Of a stretch of 64,000 nt of DNA, positions 24,910 to 39,612 are shown piece by piece (positions within the stretch are counted from its first letter, which is position 1; every line of letters starts with the position of its first letter). The stretch covers positions 31,868,001 to 31,932,000 of the forward strand of contig OX597835.1 in assembly GCA_951406725.2 (NCBI GenBank), given 5' to 3'. This DNA comes from Octopus vulgaris. Taxonomy: Eukaryota. Position numbers and translations under genes: made by a program. The notes below the pieces were generated by a model that saw only the letters and a list, made by a program, of their open reading frames with translations, was not told the origin of the DNA and did not search any database.

Positions 24910-25380
24910 TGCGAACTGGCAGAATCGTTAGTACGCCGGGCGAAATGCGTAGCCGTATTTCGTCAGCCGTCACGTTCTGAGTTCAAATTCCACCGAGGTC
25001 TACTTTGCTTTTCATCCTTTCGGGGTCGATAAATTAAGTACCAGTTACGCACTGGGGTCGGTGTAATCGACTTAATCCGTTTGTCTGTCCTTGTTTGTTC
25101 TCACTGTGTTTAGCCCCCTTCTGGGTAGTAAAGAAATAGATATCTATATAAATGCGTCGAGCTGGCAGAAACGTTAGCACACCGGGTGAAATGCGTAGCC
25201 GTATTTCGTCTGCCGCTACGCTCTGAGTTCAAATTCCGCCGAGGTCGACTTTGCTTTTCATCCTTTCGGGGTCGATAAATTAAGTACCAGTAACGCACTG
25301 GGGTCGATGTAATCGACTTAATCCGTTTGTCTGTCCTTGTATGTCCCCTCGATGTTTAGCCCCTTGTGGGCAATAAAGAA
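24910..25380 (+). mobile_element. Tandem pair of full-length SINE S2 copies
   Basis: gcg.actggcagaa.cgttag.ac.ccggg.gaaatgcgtagccgtatttcgtc... at ~24910 and ~25155, each ending in taaagaaa. Confidence 0.88.
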
Positions 25381-25843
25381 ACAGATACAACATACCAAGT
25401 CATTCTTCAGGATCTTATACGATAAGAGCTATGGTGGTCCGGTAAGTATCGTAGCTGGGTGTATGACCTGGCAGTTGCAAACAAGCTGCAAAAGTAAAAG
25501 TACCGCATTATTGACCTCAGAGAAAGACTTCCTCGCGTATGAAATCGCGTAGCGTGTTTGGTAGAGGCTAGAAACTAACTAAACTGAAAACATAATAAAC
25601 AACCTGCCCGCCTGGCCAGCAGGGTGGCCTCATCTTAAAAAAGCCAAAACAATTCGAGCAAATGATCCTCAGTATACTGCAGGTTAATTAATTAGATCCT
25701 TCGTGGGTGGCGGAGCGCAATCCGTGCTATGAATCTCAGGTACCAATTGGCCGACAAGGAATAAGATTACAACCCTTGCCATACGTACCTACAACTACAA
25801 CATTCTTGCTGGAAGTGTGTGTGTGTGGGTGTGTGTATACACA

Positions 25844-25895
<52 letters not shown>

Positions 25896-25937
25896 TATGT
25901 ATGCAAGTATATATATATATACTGAGAGAGAGAGAGG

Positions 25938-25993
<56 letters not shown>

Positions 25994-26093
25994 TACATAT
26001 ATTAGTTCATGCCTGTAAAGCATTTTTACGTAGGTCGAAGCATTTTCGATAGGATACCTCTAATTATCTAAATATAAATGCGTTTATATATAC

Positions 26094-26127
<34 letters not shown>

Positions 26128-26370
26128 ATATATGTATGTACGTATCATAGAATTGCATCTGCGTGTGTAAATATTAATATAGCTTGCCATTTATAATAGT
26201 CAATAAAATGTCAACGGAAAAATACATACTGTCATTTCTCTAACAACAATTTCCTTTTAAATGTATCCTAAGGGGGAATTTTTCTTGCGTAACACGCACA
26301 CACACACAGAGAGAAATACACGCACACAAATTGAGAAGCACACATAATCTCACTACCACTTATGTACGTT

Positions 26371-26418
<48 letters not shown>

Positions 26419-26512
26419 GAACCATATGTGTGTGCGTGTATGCGAATTTGTGTGTGCATTCCTGTGTGTATGCATGTATGAAGATGTAGTAGCTCGTGTA
26501 TATGTATACATT

Positions 26513-26581
<69 letters not shown>

Positions 26582-26617
26582 TTATATATATATATATATA
26601 ATATGTATATATATACA

Positions 26618-26657
<40 letters not shown>

Positions 26658-27185
26658 TATGATGCATACTCATATACCGGTGTATACATTAAATAAATAT
26701 ATTTGCAAATATATTAGAGCGATGAAAGTGTGAAAAAAATAGCACGTTGTAACAACAGTAGATAAAACAGTTTTTAAAAATATTTTTGTTCCATTTTGTG
26801 TGATTTGTCCTTTTTTTTTTCATTGTTCCATTTCTAAAGAAAGAATTGAAATACAGGCTAAAATTTAGTGGACATGCAAATCAAAACATAACCAACACAC
26901 AAACACACACACACAAACAGACACACACAAACAGACACACACGAAAGTAAACCAACAACAATAAAATATAATAATATAATGCCCACCACGTTACACATTA
27001 TTACAAGTGATTACAATAGATTGATATAAGAAACTAGTAACAATGGAGTCATGAAATTAAAAACACCATTAAAGTCTTTATACGCAATATAAAGATTTTT
27101 GCACGCGTCGCTGGCAGCTATATATGAGAGGTTACATACAAATCAGCGAAGACGGTGACTTCCATTTTGTGTGGGGTTTTTTTAT

Positions 27186-27260
<75 letters not shown>

Positions 27261-28173
27261 TATCATTTAAGAATGAATAAAAACAATTCCGCATAAATAT
27301 TTTACTGTTTATTATAAAAACATATGAATCCATATAAGTGCATTTTGGATGCGAGCGTGTGTGTGCGTGTGTGTGTATACGTGTGTGTGTGTGTGTGTGT
27401 GTGTGTGTCTGTGTTGTGGTTTTATTTTGAGTAACGTGAGAGAAGTTTAAAATATGGAGAATGATTCCTTCACAGAATGAAAATAAAAGAAAAGGGATGT
27501 GTTTGTTTCCTGATTTAGAAAGTACAATTGTTGAGTTTTAAAAGGTAAGGAAATGTAAGGAGTTACTGTTGAACTTCAGAAACTAATTAAATATTTTTAA
27601 TATCTCTCTTACAAATTCAATAACTTCGTGCATAATTAATATAGGATATATTAGTTTGTTGTATATACGTAAGCAACAGTCTTGTACACACACACACACG
27701 CGCGCAGGCATACACACAATCAAATATATGTGAGTGTGTATAATAAGAATGTATGAATGTATGAATGTATACATGTAAATATGTACAAAGGCATAATAGT
27801 CTCATGAGAAAATATATTGATCTTGATTAATTTATTAATTACAAGTTAAAAGGACGTGCGCATTCTTCTTTTTGACACATTCCGACTCGTGTGGGCTGAT
27901 TCTGAAATTATACTCATATATTTGTGTGTGTGTACGTACGTGAGTGTGTATGTGCATGTATGTGCAATTATACTATACACACACACATATATATTCATAT
28001 ATGTATTCATATATACTTATATACATAATTATACTTACACATACATACGGACATACATACATATATATGTGTGTGTTATGTATGTATGTATGTATGTATA
28101 TATATATATATATGTATGCATGTATGTGTGTGTGTATATATATGTACATATATATATATATAAACATATATAA

Positions 28174-28220
<47 letters not shown>

Positions 28221-28449
28221 ATGTCAAATCACTGGATAATGCAGTTAACATGTATACCAGTACAATTTGTCACAGAGTCGGAGTATCGGCGTCGAAATCG
28301 ATGACCCCTACCAAACCTGCTTCATGAGGACGTGGTTTCTTTAGGGTTGGACACATTGCAGGACCGTAAACATTGTCTGTCAATGTACTGATAAAGTGAG
28401 AGAGAGCCTCCGTAAGCATAGGCATCTCTCTTTTTGTCTAATTGCTTCA

Positions 28450-28875
28450 GTTACTAGACTACAGACATATGGGGACACCGCCACATTAAGGAACATTTAG
28501 TCGAATGAATCAACCTCAGTTGTTCTGGGGTTGATTCTTTGTTTTGTTGTTCTTTGTTTTGTTGAACTGCCAAGTTACAGAGTCCTAAACACACCCTCAC
28601 CAGTTATAAAGCGGGGGGGGGGGGGGGGCAAAGACAGAGAAAAAAGACACACGCACGCATACGCACACGCATACACACACAGACATATATACATACATGC
28701 ATACATACACACACACATATACAACTGGCCTCTTTCAGTTTCCGTTTACCAAATCCACTCATAAGTCTTTGGTCGGCCCGAAGCTATAGTGGAAGATACT
28801 TGCCCAAGGTGCCATGCAATGGGACTGAACCCGGAAACATGTGGTTTGTAAGCAAGCTTCTAATCACACAGTCAC
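28450..28875 (-). mobile_element. SINE S1 (diverged)
   Basis: aaatccactca.aag.ctttggtcggcccga.gctatagt.gaaga.acttgcccaaggtgcca.gca.tgggactgaacccggaa. Confidence 0.8.
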
Positions 28876-29069
28876 ATGAAAATTCCTGTGTAACACCCGC
28901 CTGATGACAAAACCTAGAAACTTGCAGCTGCCTGTTTCTCGACTAATTGCTTCTGGAGGTGAGTTACTGATGTTGTACAAGCGATCAAAGACCTGCGGTT
29001 TCAGCATGTCCATTTCTGACTGCCATCACCTTTAATATCTGAGATATAATAATATCTCAGTGAGGATAA

Positions 29070-29272
29070 GGCGTCGAGCTGGCAGAAACATTAGCACGCC
29101 GGGCGAAATGCGTAGCCGTATTTCGTTCTGGGTTCAAATTCCGCCGAGGTTGACTTTGCCTTCCATCCTTCCGGGATCGATAAATTAAGTACCATGTGAA
29201 TACTGGGGTCGATCAAATCGACTGACACCCCTCTCCCAAAATTTCGGAACTTGTGCCCAGAATAGAAATGAA
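29070..29272 (+). mobile_element. SINE S2
   Basis: ggcgtcgagctggcagaaacattagcacgccgggcgaaatgcg...gccttccatccttccgggatcgataaattaagtacc. Confidence 0.85.
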
Positions 29273-29395
29273 TATTTCAAGGACGATTAAAACTGTGTAC
29301 GTGTTCTCAGCCTCCATATATGCATGTGTGTTTTTATGTATGTATGCGTCCAGAGAATAATTTCTGGAATAATTTCGAGTGTATGTATATATGTA

Positions 29396-29472
<77 letters not shown>

Positions 29473-29633
29473 AGGTGAATGAATTATCCTATGTTTACCG
29501 TCAACATGGAAAATTCGATGAACCGATACCAGGGTAGCAAATTTACGTCAGAAACACGGTTGAAGCGACCTGTTCAAGGGTAGAAACTCCGGGTTCATGT
29601 GCAGAAATTTGTGTGTTATATATGAATAAATAG

Positions 29634-29956
29634 ATAAATGGAGTTGAACGAAGATGTTAACAAAATTCCTTTACTCTCGACATATGTTTCGAAGACAACA
29701 TGGTTTTATTCCAAAGGAATAAACGCTGCACGATGCAATCTCCTCACCACGAAAGAAAGGGAGCCTCTCTCATTATCGTTTTGTTTACCATGTAGGCAGT
29801 CATCGCAATTTTTGTCTTGTTGTTGAGAGAGGGTCCCTTTCTTTCGTGGTGAGAAGTTTGCATCTTGCAGCGTTTATTCCTTTGGAATAAAACCATGTTG
29901 TCTTCGAAACATATGTCGAGAGTAAAGGAATTTTGTTAACATCTTCGTTCAACTCC

Positions 29957-29962
<6 letters not shown>
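29634..29962. repeat. Fold-back element (139 bp arms, ~51 nt spacer); each arm carries a degenerate HHR
   Basis: 29634-29772 is the reverse complement of 29824-29962 with few mismatches; arms contain ttcGAAAcatatgTCgaga as at 22001-22019. Confidence 0.9.
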
Positions 29963-30016
<54 letters not shown>

Positions 30017-30159
30017 GTTCGTCAACATCAACAGTCCTCTTCCACACGCATGCACAAACTCTCTTATACACACGCACGCCCACCTTCGCTTTAGGCTCAC
30101 CACCACTATGTTATCTCCCCTTCTCTCTAGTTCTCCTGTGTGAGCCTTCTGTTCGGCAT

Positions 30160-30352
30160 TCGCCATGATAGATCGCTACCCAATACGCATTCTTTATTTT
30201 CTCACCTTTTTTCTTTCTCTGTTCCTTTCTGTGGAAGAGCGTAAGCTCGAAACGTTAATGAAATTTTTACTTCTCGAGCGTCATACTAACATATCTGTTT
30301 GTTGTCTACACCACCTGTCTCCGTCTGTTGTTTTTTATTGTGAATTCTCTCC
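30160..30352 (+). mobile_element. Short interspersed element family H
   Basis: gccatgatagatcg...tttctgtggaagagcgtaagctcgaaacgt...atactaa.a.atctgtttgttg...caccacctgtct; ends at (TA)n. Confidence 0.7.
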
Positions 30353-30426
<74 letters not shown>

Positions 30427-30454
30427 GTTTAAATATTTGTTGTGCAAGATTTTT

Positions 30455-30491
<37 letters not shown>

Positions 30492-30877
30492 ATACATATA
30501 TATGTATGTATGCAGGTATCTATGTATCTATGTTTATATGTATGTATGTATAGAAGTTCGAATACACATGGAAGATCAATATGTTATGTGATACTAAAAA
30601 TATAGAAACAGAATGAATATTAAAAATATCTCATCATGGGATATAGCAGTAACACTAAAAAATCATTTGTTATTAACTTAAACCAGCTTTCCTAAAAAAA
30701 TATCCGAAATTTCTGTAAATCTGTGAAGGAAACCAGAATGTACAAACGGGACCATATTCACACCTACGCACAAAAAAAAATTATGCATATATATATTAAT
30801 AGAAACATAAGTATATATGCTGTTCCTAAACCCATCCATCGACGTAGATTTGCTGTCGAGAAATGCTTGGGCATCTG

Positions 30878-30973
<96 letters not shown>

Positions 30974-30977
30974 CTAC

Positions 30978-31045
<68 letters not shown>

Positions 31046-31057
31046 TTATCTACCTAC

Positions 31058-31095
<38 letters not shown>
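30878..31095. repeat. (CTAT)n/(GATA)n microsatellite within a ~0.9 kb low-complexity tract
   Basis: Directly visible. Confidence 0.95.
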
Positions 31096-31337
31096 ATATA
31101 TCTATATATATATATATATATATATATACATACATACATATATATATATATCTATATATATATATACATACGTATATATATGAGCATATGTGTATATATA
31201 TACACACACACATATATATATGTGTGTGGGAGTGTGTGTGTATGCCTGTGTGTATGTGTGTTTGTGTGTGTGGAGTATAATAGAAACTTGTTACTGAGAT
31301 AGCCTCATGATTCATAGGAACATATATATATGCACAT

Positions 31338-31380
<43 letters not shown>

Positions 31381-31428
31381 CTTATGTATATGTATCTGTA
31401 TGTGTATGTATATGTGTATACATTTATA

Positions 31429-31562
<134 letters not shown>

Positions 31563-31697
31563 TGCATATGTACATATGAATAACACATTACGCTGCAATT
31601 TTCTGAAATATTTCTCTTATTCAACACACAAACACACACACACACCCACACATATATATATATATATATACATATACAAATGGTTTCATCCATCTAT

Positions 31698-31735
<38 letters not shown>

Positions 31736-32240
31736 TACTAGTATGTATGCTTTCATAAATGCGTATTTCATTACATCTTTGATTTGCAAGACTACTGTGG
31801 CGGTTATTAAATGAGCTACATTTGGCTTTCTGCGGTGTTTTTTTTTTTCCTTTTCCTAAATTTAAACAGCGAGTTTTGTGATTGGTTAGGATTTCTTTCT
31901 AATGAGTATTTGACGTTAGTTTGGTGAAAGTCTACACCTGATCTCAGAAATGATTCTGCAATCATTGTTGAGTGAAATAATCCCATGACTATCTGGGAAA
32001 TTTCGTCGGAGTAAAACATCCTCAGTTTTTCTTCTAATTGCTAAAGACGCCTGCGCTCGCGCGCACACAGACACTGAACCAGACACACATACTGAGATTT
32101 ATGAAGAAGATAAAACACGTGGATATAAGCAGGTGGGCAAGTACACAGAACAAATACTAAAATACAGGAACTAGAATATACATAATACAGACACACACAC
32201 ACACACACGAATATGAATATTTATATACGTGTATATATAT

Positions 32241-32589
32241 AGGCGCAATGGCCCAGTGGTTAGGGCATCGAACTCGCGGTCGGAGGATCGCGGTTTCGAT
32301 TCCCAGACCAGGCGTTGTGTGTGTTTATTGAGCGAAAACACTTAAAAACTCCACGAGGCTCCGGCAGAGGGTGGTGGCCACCCCTGTTGTACTATTTCGC
32401 CCCAACTTGAACCAACTTCACGGCAGGAGGTGTAGATGAGGGCAGCTGCATCAAACTCTCTCATGCACCAAATGTCAATTGCTAAAAAGCACTCGTGAAG
32501 TAAAATCATGTAGCAACACGGAATGGCAGTGGCCCAGCATGGCCACAGCTCATGAGCTGAAACTAGATATAAAGATAAAAAATAAAAAT

Positions 32590-32590
<1 letters not shown>
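32241..32590 (+). mobile_element. SINE S3 5' half joined to the 3' end of LINE L-A
   Basis: S3 head/body to ~32408, then EPTSRQEV*MRAAASNSL-coding sequence and the cagctcatgagctgaaac tail. Confidence 0.8.
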
Positions 32591-32657
<67 letters not shown>

Positions 32658-32871
32658 TTTTATTCTCTTTTACCCTTTTCCTCAGTCATTTCATTGCGGC
32701 CATGATGGAGCACCGCCTTTTTAGTCGAATAAAGTGATCCCAGGATTTATTCTTTGTAAGTCTAGTACTTGCTCTATCGGTCTCTTTTACCGAACCGCTA
32801 TGTTACGGGGTCTTAAACAGACCAACATTGGTTGTCATGTGTTGGTGGAGAAAGAAACACAGACATTCACA

Positions 32872-32933
<62 letters not shown>

Positions 32934-33429
32934 GATGTAAATTAAAATTATTTTATTTTAAGTTATATAAGATTGCAGAAACTATGCATAGTCCAGGAAA
33001 GATAGGGTAAATGTTTTTATTTTTCATTCCCTTTCAGAATTGCAACTATTAATGACCTGGAGTTTTACCTGCTCTTTCTAGTGAGTCAGATGTCCTATTA
33101 TGGTCATCTCTTATGTGTTTAAATGTACACTGTATTTTTCTATGAATATATATATATATATATATCTACATACACGACGGGCTTCTTTCCGTTTCCGCCT
33201 TCCAAATGCACTCACAAGGCTGTGATCAGTCCGACGCTATAAAGAAGACGATCAAGCTTCTTACCATACAACTACACATGCACCTAGGAGTGCTGGGGAA
33301 GCGCACTTATGCAGAAATTTGTTATCTATGTATCTATGTAATACATGTATGTATGTATGTATGTATGTATATATCCATGTATGTATAGGTGTATATCTAT
33401 GTATGTGTATGCGTATATATAAATATTTA

Positions 33430-33790
33430 TATGTGTGATAAGAAGCTCGCTTTCCAATCATGTGTTTCCAGGTGTTGTTTTACAGCATGGCAAGTTGGGT
33501 AACTGTCTTCTACTATAGCCACGGACCTTCCAAAGTCTTGTGAATGGGTTTGGTAGACGGAAACTGAAAGGAACCCATTGTATATATCTATGTGTGGATT
33601 GTGTGTGGGCCTGTATATATGTATATGTACATATCTACGTGTGGGCATGTCACTGCATCTGTTTGCTCCCCCCCCCCCATCAGCTCTTAACAACCAGTGT
33701 TGGTTTTTACGCCCCCGTAACATAGCGGTTCGGTCAAAGAAACCAATAGAATAAATATTAGGCTTAAAAACGTCCTGGAGTCGATTTGTT
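33430..33790 (+). mobile_element. SINE S1 (diverged)
   Basis: tgtcttctactatagcc...ttgtga.tgg.tttggtagacggaaactgaaag...cccgtaac.tagcggttcgg. Confidence 0.75.
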
Positions 33791-33837
33791 GAGGCACTGA
33801 CACAGACACAAACACACAGACACACACACACAGACAC

Positions 33838-33929
<92 letters not shown>

Positions 33930-33931
<2 letters not shown>

Positions 33932-34130
33932 CCAATAATAATAAAGGGGAAAATTAATGAATTAATTTCTACTTAATAATTTTACCAAGTAGTTTGGTAT
34001 GTTAAAAGAACCATTATCGGTAACCTAATACAAAAATTCTATAATTATTAGCATAATTATAACTAGGGTTCAGCAAAAATTGCTTCACCACCTACCGAAA
34101 TTTAGAAATAGCAGTTAAATACTATTCCAC
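33930..34130 (-). repeat. Fragment related to the 44431-45067 HHR-bearing element
   Basis: Shares ctgctatttctaa..cggta / cttggt.aaatt..aattaatttt.ccct blocks with 44440-44590; another rearranged piece at 35500-35634. Confidence 0.5.
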
Positions 34131-35460
34131 CACCATAAGATATCTCCCAGACAGTAATATTCTCAATTCACGCAGATAAAGAGAAAAAATCGTTGTTGAT
34201 TTTATAAATTAAGTTCTATATTTTGATTCTATGTACAAGATCTACGAAAACACCGCTGCTCTCCATGTAGTTTTTCATCGTGGTTTAGTAATATTTACGC
34301 AGTTCATTCCCAATTTGTGTATTTTTTTCTGATATGTTATATCTAATTCTCTTTGTATCATTTATTCATCTAATACTTCTCTATCTCTCAAGAAATTTAG
34401 TTAGAATCACTTTTCTTCCTCAAAAATACTCAACGAATATTAAACAATACTGAAATCAACGTTATCTACTTAACGCTGGATTAAAAGTATAATTGGGAGA
34501 AATGTTTTTAATGATATACCGAGTAATTAGCGTCATGAAGTGTAGGAAAGAGAGAGAGAGGGAGACACTTAGACAGACAGACAGATTGCCAGACATACAG
34601 AGAAAAAATCAAAGTGAGAAAGCTATCTTGCTGCCTTGCAGTGTTTTAAAAAGTTTTCTCGCAGTAATATAAAATTAATTTTCTGAAGATGAAATTTTCA
34701 ATAACAAAAATGAAAGTGTATTAAAATAGGAATTTTTACGAATTTTATAGACATTGTAGTTTTTCCTTGCTTTCTGTTAGAAAAAGTTACATAATAGTCA
34801 GATTTCTTTATTATGGTATAGTTTCTCTGACTTCACTTTTATATATGAAACAAAATATATTTAATATATACACATTCATTTAATTTTCAACGTTGTGATC
34901 GCTTATTTCTATCCGGTGTCGTATTTCTGCATAAGATGAATATACGGAACTGAAAGTTGAAACGTTACTATATAGCCCATAGGTATAACACTCATATTCC
35001 CCAGATCAGTGATTGGAGAATAAACTAATTGAAATGCAGAAACTCCTATAAATATTAATATCTAAAGAAATTTTCGAAAGAAATTAAACAATGGCTTCTT
35101 CAGAAAATAGAGTTGGTTTCTTTAATTGAATTTCAAGTAAAAAGAGTTCACAAGGTCGAATAAATTATTCTGTTTTATGCGTGCGAAATAGTGCAAGTAA
35201 GCTTTGTTTGAAAGCTCTGAACCAGGCGAGAGAAAGGTGTAGGTAATTAAGAATCCGGACTATGATGAGAAGAGAAAATGTAATTTTTAAGCTGTAAAGA
35301 AGAGATAGAACAGAAGCATTTTTCTTCAAATGGTGTCTAGTATCATAAATATAAATAGATTTGTCGAATTTATACCATTCAATGTGTCGTAAATATCGTC
35401 AAAATGTAAGTGGGTGAATCAGAACTAAGGAAGAGTGTGAAATGCGAGACACGTCTTTAA

Positions 35461-35499
<39 letters not shown>

Positions 35500-35633
35500 T
35501 CCGTAATAATGAAGGGTGAAATTAATTAATTTGGAATAATTATCAATTACACCAAATAGCTATAACTCTTTGACTGCTATTTCTAAATTCGGTATGTGGT
35601 AAGGCAATTCGTTGCCAAACCCTTTATTGCTTA

Positions 35634-35665
<32 letters not shown>

Positions 35666-35685
35666 GTGTATGTGTGTGTGTATAT

Positions 35686-35764
<79 letters not shown>

Positions 35765-36660
35765 ATTTAATAAAAACAATGTTTTTTATGTGTTACTATT
35801 TTTTTCTTGTGCTGGGACACCAGACGTGTTATAAAATGTTATAAAACAATGCCTCGTCTGTTCTCACTACATAAAACTAATTGTAGCCTATAAGAACATA
35901 TAATGCGTTTATCAAATAATATCTCTCATCAGGTGAAGTACTTTTGTTGTTGATCTTTACCATCACGGAACGGTACTCTGTATATGTGTGAATGTGTGTG
36001 TATATATATATATGTATCTATAGATAGACAGATAGATTAAATGACTGATCGATTGGTTGATTGATCGTTTGATTGATTGATTGATTGATCGATTGATAGG
36101 AAGTTCGATAGAAATTGCATAAGGACATATAAAATGGCTGGTCTGACATGCAGGTGCACATTTAAGCTATCATGGTGGGTTTAACACTGAGCCATGCTGA
36201 AGGTATCTAACCCAAGATCTGGAGAACTCTAGCACAAATGCATGAAGTATGTTGTTCATTAAGTTTGTGACAAACATTTGCACTAACGTTGTGATATCAC
36301 CATTTTCAAAATGTACACTTTAGCCCACGTATGTCTTCACAAGTGAAACAAATCTTCTATGGAGCTGGTATGACAGAGTCTTTTGGACTCGAAATCGACG
36401 GCGTTATCCAATATCTTATAGTGCTGAAGTGTTCCTGGGTTTAAAGGTATTGCGAAAGGTCTGCTTGGAGGCCCAACCCCCTGAGTCTTGTTACAGGGCT
36501 TAGAAGAAATGGAGGAACGTTACAATAAGTCGTGAATCTGGGAAGGGACTATGTTTAATAAAATATCAATTAACTGATCGTACTGTATTTTCTTTTACCG
36601 AAAGCCAGGAATTTTTCAGCACCATTTCGTTTTTGTGTGTGTTCGTGTATATATGTAAGC

Positions 36661-36703
<43 letters not shown>

Positions 36704-36739
36704 CGTATATGTATGCATGTACGTATATATATATGTATG

Positions 36740-36791
<52 letters not shown>

Positions 36792-36847
36792 CACACACAC
36801 ACACATGCACACACATACGCATACACACACTCACACACACACACACG

Positions 36848-36892
<45 letters not shown>

Positions 36893-37636
36893 TGTATGTA
36901 TGTACAATTATATGTACGTTTTTTTCTGTCTTGACAACCGGAGTTAGCATTTTGCATGCCCCGTAACTTAGCTGTTCGGCAAAAGAAATCGATAGAATAA
37001 GTACTAAGCATTTAAAAAAAATGAAGTACTGGTGTCGATTCATTCGCCCAAAAAACAATTCTTCAAGTCGGTGCCCCAGTATGGCATCAATCGAATGACA
37101 GATGCAAGTAAAAGCTAAAAGACAAAATACTTACACACACCTACCCACAGACGAAAACACAAGTTCAATAGGCATAGAAACAAAATAAATTGTACGCAGA
37201 CAGACTTACGAAGGCATTCACACACGCGATCAAACCCATCTACTCATAAATATAGGTCGTAAACATAGACCCTGCTGATAGCATCTTTAATATTGTGCAT
37301 TAGTTCTCTGTATTTTGTCCGTGATTATTTCAAAAGAAAGACTGCCCTACGGGTTTACAATACAATTGAACTCCAGTAAATCGAATTACCCACATTTTAG
37401 TTTCTTACTTTACTTAAAGACGCTCTCGCAATAAACCTGTATCTTAGAATATAACTCTGAAATACCGACGTGTCTGTTATCTCTATTTTTCACTCAATAT
37501 TTTTATTTGTTTTAGTCACTGGAGTGCAGTCATGTTGGAGCAAACGTTGAAAAGTTTATTCTAATAAATCACCAGCTGTACCTACTTGGCTTCTTTCATT
37601 TATATATTTACTTACTTACTTATTTATTTATTTATT

Positions 37637-37696
<60 letters not shown>

Positions 37697-37747
37697 ATTA
37701 TTATTATTATTATTATTATTATTGTTGTTGTTGTTGTTATTATTATA

Positions 37748-38003
37748 ATGCAAGCGCAAATGAAGACACATACAATAGAAATACAAAATGGCTTACAGTT
37801 GGTAAGGAGAGACAGACAAATAAGAAAGAAGAAAGCAAAGGACCACTGATGCGGTCACAGGAGTGTAACGAAAGAACTCTGGCCGAAATAAGATTAATAT
37901 TAATGTAAAAAATAAATAACTCTGAAGCAAAGTAACACCAAATATATAGAGCGTTTGTTTTTATTGGCTAAACTGACAAAATGACCATTCCTAAATACAA
38001 CAA

Positions 38004-38058
<55 letters not shown>

Positions 38059-38104
38059 ATTATTATCATCATTATCATCATCATCATCATCATCATTATT
38101 ATTA

Positions 38105-38147
<43 letters not shown>

Positions 38148-38218
38148 GCAAGCGCAAATGAAGACATATACAATAGAAATACAAAATGGCTTACGGTTGG
38201 TAAGGAGAGACACACAAA
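37748..38218 (+). repeat. ~73 bp direct duplication (37748-37821 and 38146-38218), each following an (ATT)n tract
   Basis: atgcaagcgcaaatgaagaca.atacaatagaaatacaaaatggcttac.gttggtaaggagagaca.acaaa twice. Confidence 0.85.
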
Positions 38219-38256
38219 TTATTATTATTATTATTATTATTATTAATATTATTATT

Positions 38257-39612
38257 ACGCTTGACTTTTGTTTTGTATTTGTACAATTTGTCTGCAAGTC
38301 TCACCCAGGGACCTCAAAAGACAAAAAGTTAGAAGTCCAAGTTGGTGTTATGCCTAAAGGGTCATATATTTGGTTTGGCACAAAGTATTGTTCTAGAGAA
38401 TGTTTAAGAAAACCTAAGAAAATAATAAGTTTGTTTTAAAATTTGAAATTACATAGATAGTATTTTACGTAGGATATAGGCAGTTCCCATGAGCATCATC
38501 TTTTGAATTTTTGCCATTTTGGGGTCTCCTGGTATCTGAGCTAGGTAGGACTCAGCCCCTTTTGCTAACATTCCTAGGGCACCTATTACAACATTTATTG
38601 TTTTATAATCTTGAGGTTCCACATTTTGCCAATTTCTATTTTAAGATCTTTATACTTGCTCAGTTTCGGTAGATCTTGACAGAGACATTTATGTCGATTG
38701 GGATAGTCATATCAATGAGGAGGCATGATTTTTGTTTAAAGTCCTTCAGTATAATGTATGGCCTATTTGCATCTATCTTTCTGTCAGTTTGAATGGTGAA
38801 GTTCCAGAGGAGTGAGATGTGATCATTTTCAAGCACTGGAGGTGTTTTGTGTTCCCACCAGTTTTTCTCATGGGGCAAGTCCAGGTTTTTGCAAATTACT
38901 CAGTGAATATACTGTGCTGCTCTAGCATGCCTGTTGAGATACTCTGTGGGCTCAAGAAGACAGCATAATCAATGATTTAATTTTGTTGTTTACATACACA
39001 ACATGTTGAGCTACTGTCACTCCTTAATATGTTGACCTTGTAGCTCCTTGTAGGTTAGCATTGATATTAAAGGGAAAGTTTACGAAAATAAACAAAATAC
39101 GAAGGCAGGTGGAGTACAAACAAACAAATGTATTAGTATAGCGCTCAGGAATGGAAAAGTCTTTTATGTTTCGAGCCTACGCTCTTCGACAGAAAGATAC
39201 ACAGAAAAAAAACAAGGAGAGTAAAAAAATGCGTGTAGGAGCTAACGATCTATCATGGCTTCCTGACTTCGGACAGTGGTCAGATATTAGGCTGCTATGA
39301 TACACCCAACTGTTTCCGATTTTAAACCAGAAGACACTAACCATTGATGGCTAAGGGCTTTGTCAACATCAGCATTATTAGCTCTCTTTGTGTATTTGCC
39401 ATTGAGAGGTTTTTCTTGACATTTATCAGTAGGAATATCTAAGTCAGCAGTTTTAGCATAGGTTTTCATACGCTTAGGCTTTTCTGTGCTTGTTTCCATT
39501 ATGTCTAATTCTGGTATTCGTTGTATTTGGAATTCACTTAGATATTCTTTTACCTGTTTTGTTACTGAGTATGATGCTCTCTTGCTTTCGTGCGTTAAGA
39601 TAAGTTATAACA
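38257..39612 (-). mobile_element. Decayed R4/Dong-like non-LTR retrotransposon 3' part (restriction-like endonuclease) ending in (TAA)n
   Basis: LNGKY...VDKALSHQWL.SSGLKSET.G.IIAA...KNWWEHKTPPVLEN....LLWNFTIQTDRKIDANRP.IILKD.KQKSCLLIDMTIP.D.NV..K: PD-(D/E)xK RLE pattern of the R4/Dong clade. Confidence 0.85.
39070..39282 (-). mobile_element. Family H element inserted in the R4/Dong ORF with a 7 bp TSD
   Basis: gatatta at 39063-39069 and 39283-39289; the interrupted reading frame resumes across the insert. Confidence 0.8.

Noticed and set aside
24910-25380. Repeated units superficially like an array (also 50870-51450)
   Set aside because: Tandem SINE copies; no CRISPR repeat-spacer structure, and the context is eukaryotic.
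28895-28940. CTGATGA-caaaaccta-GAAA motif
   Set aside because: No pairable stem II, stem III/UH or stem I.
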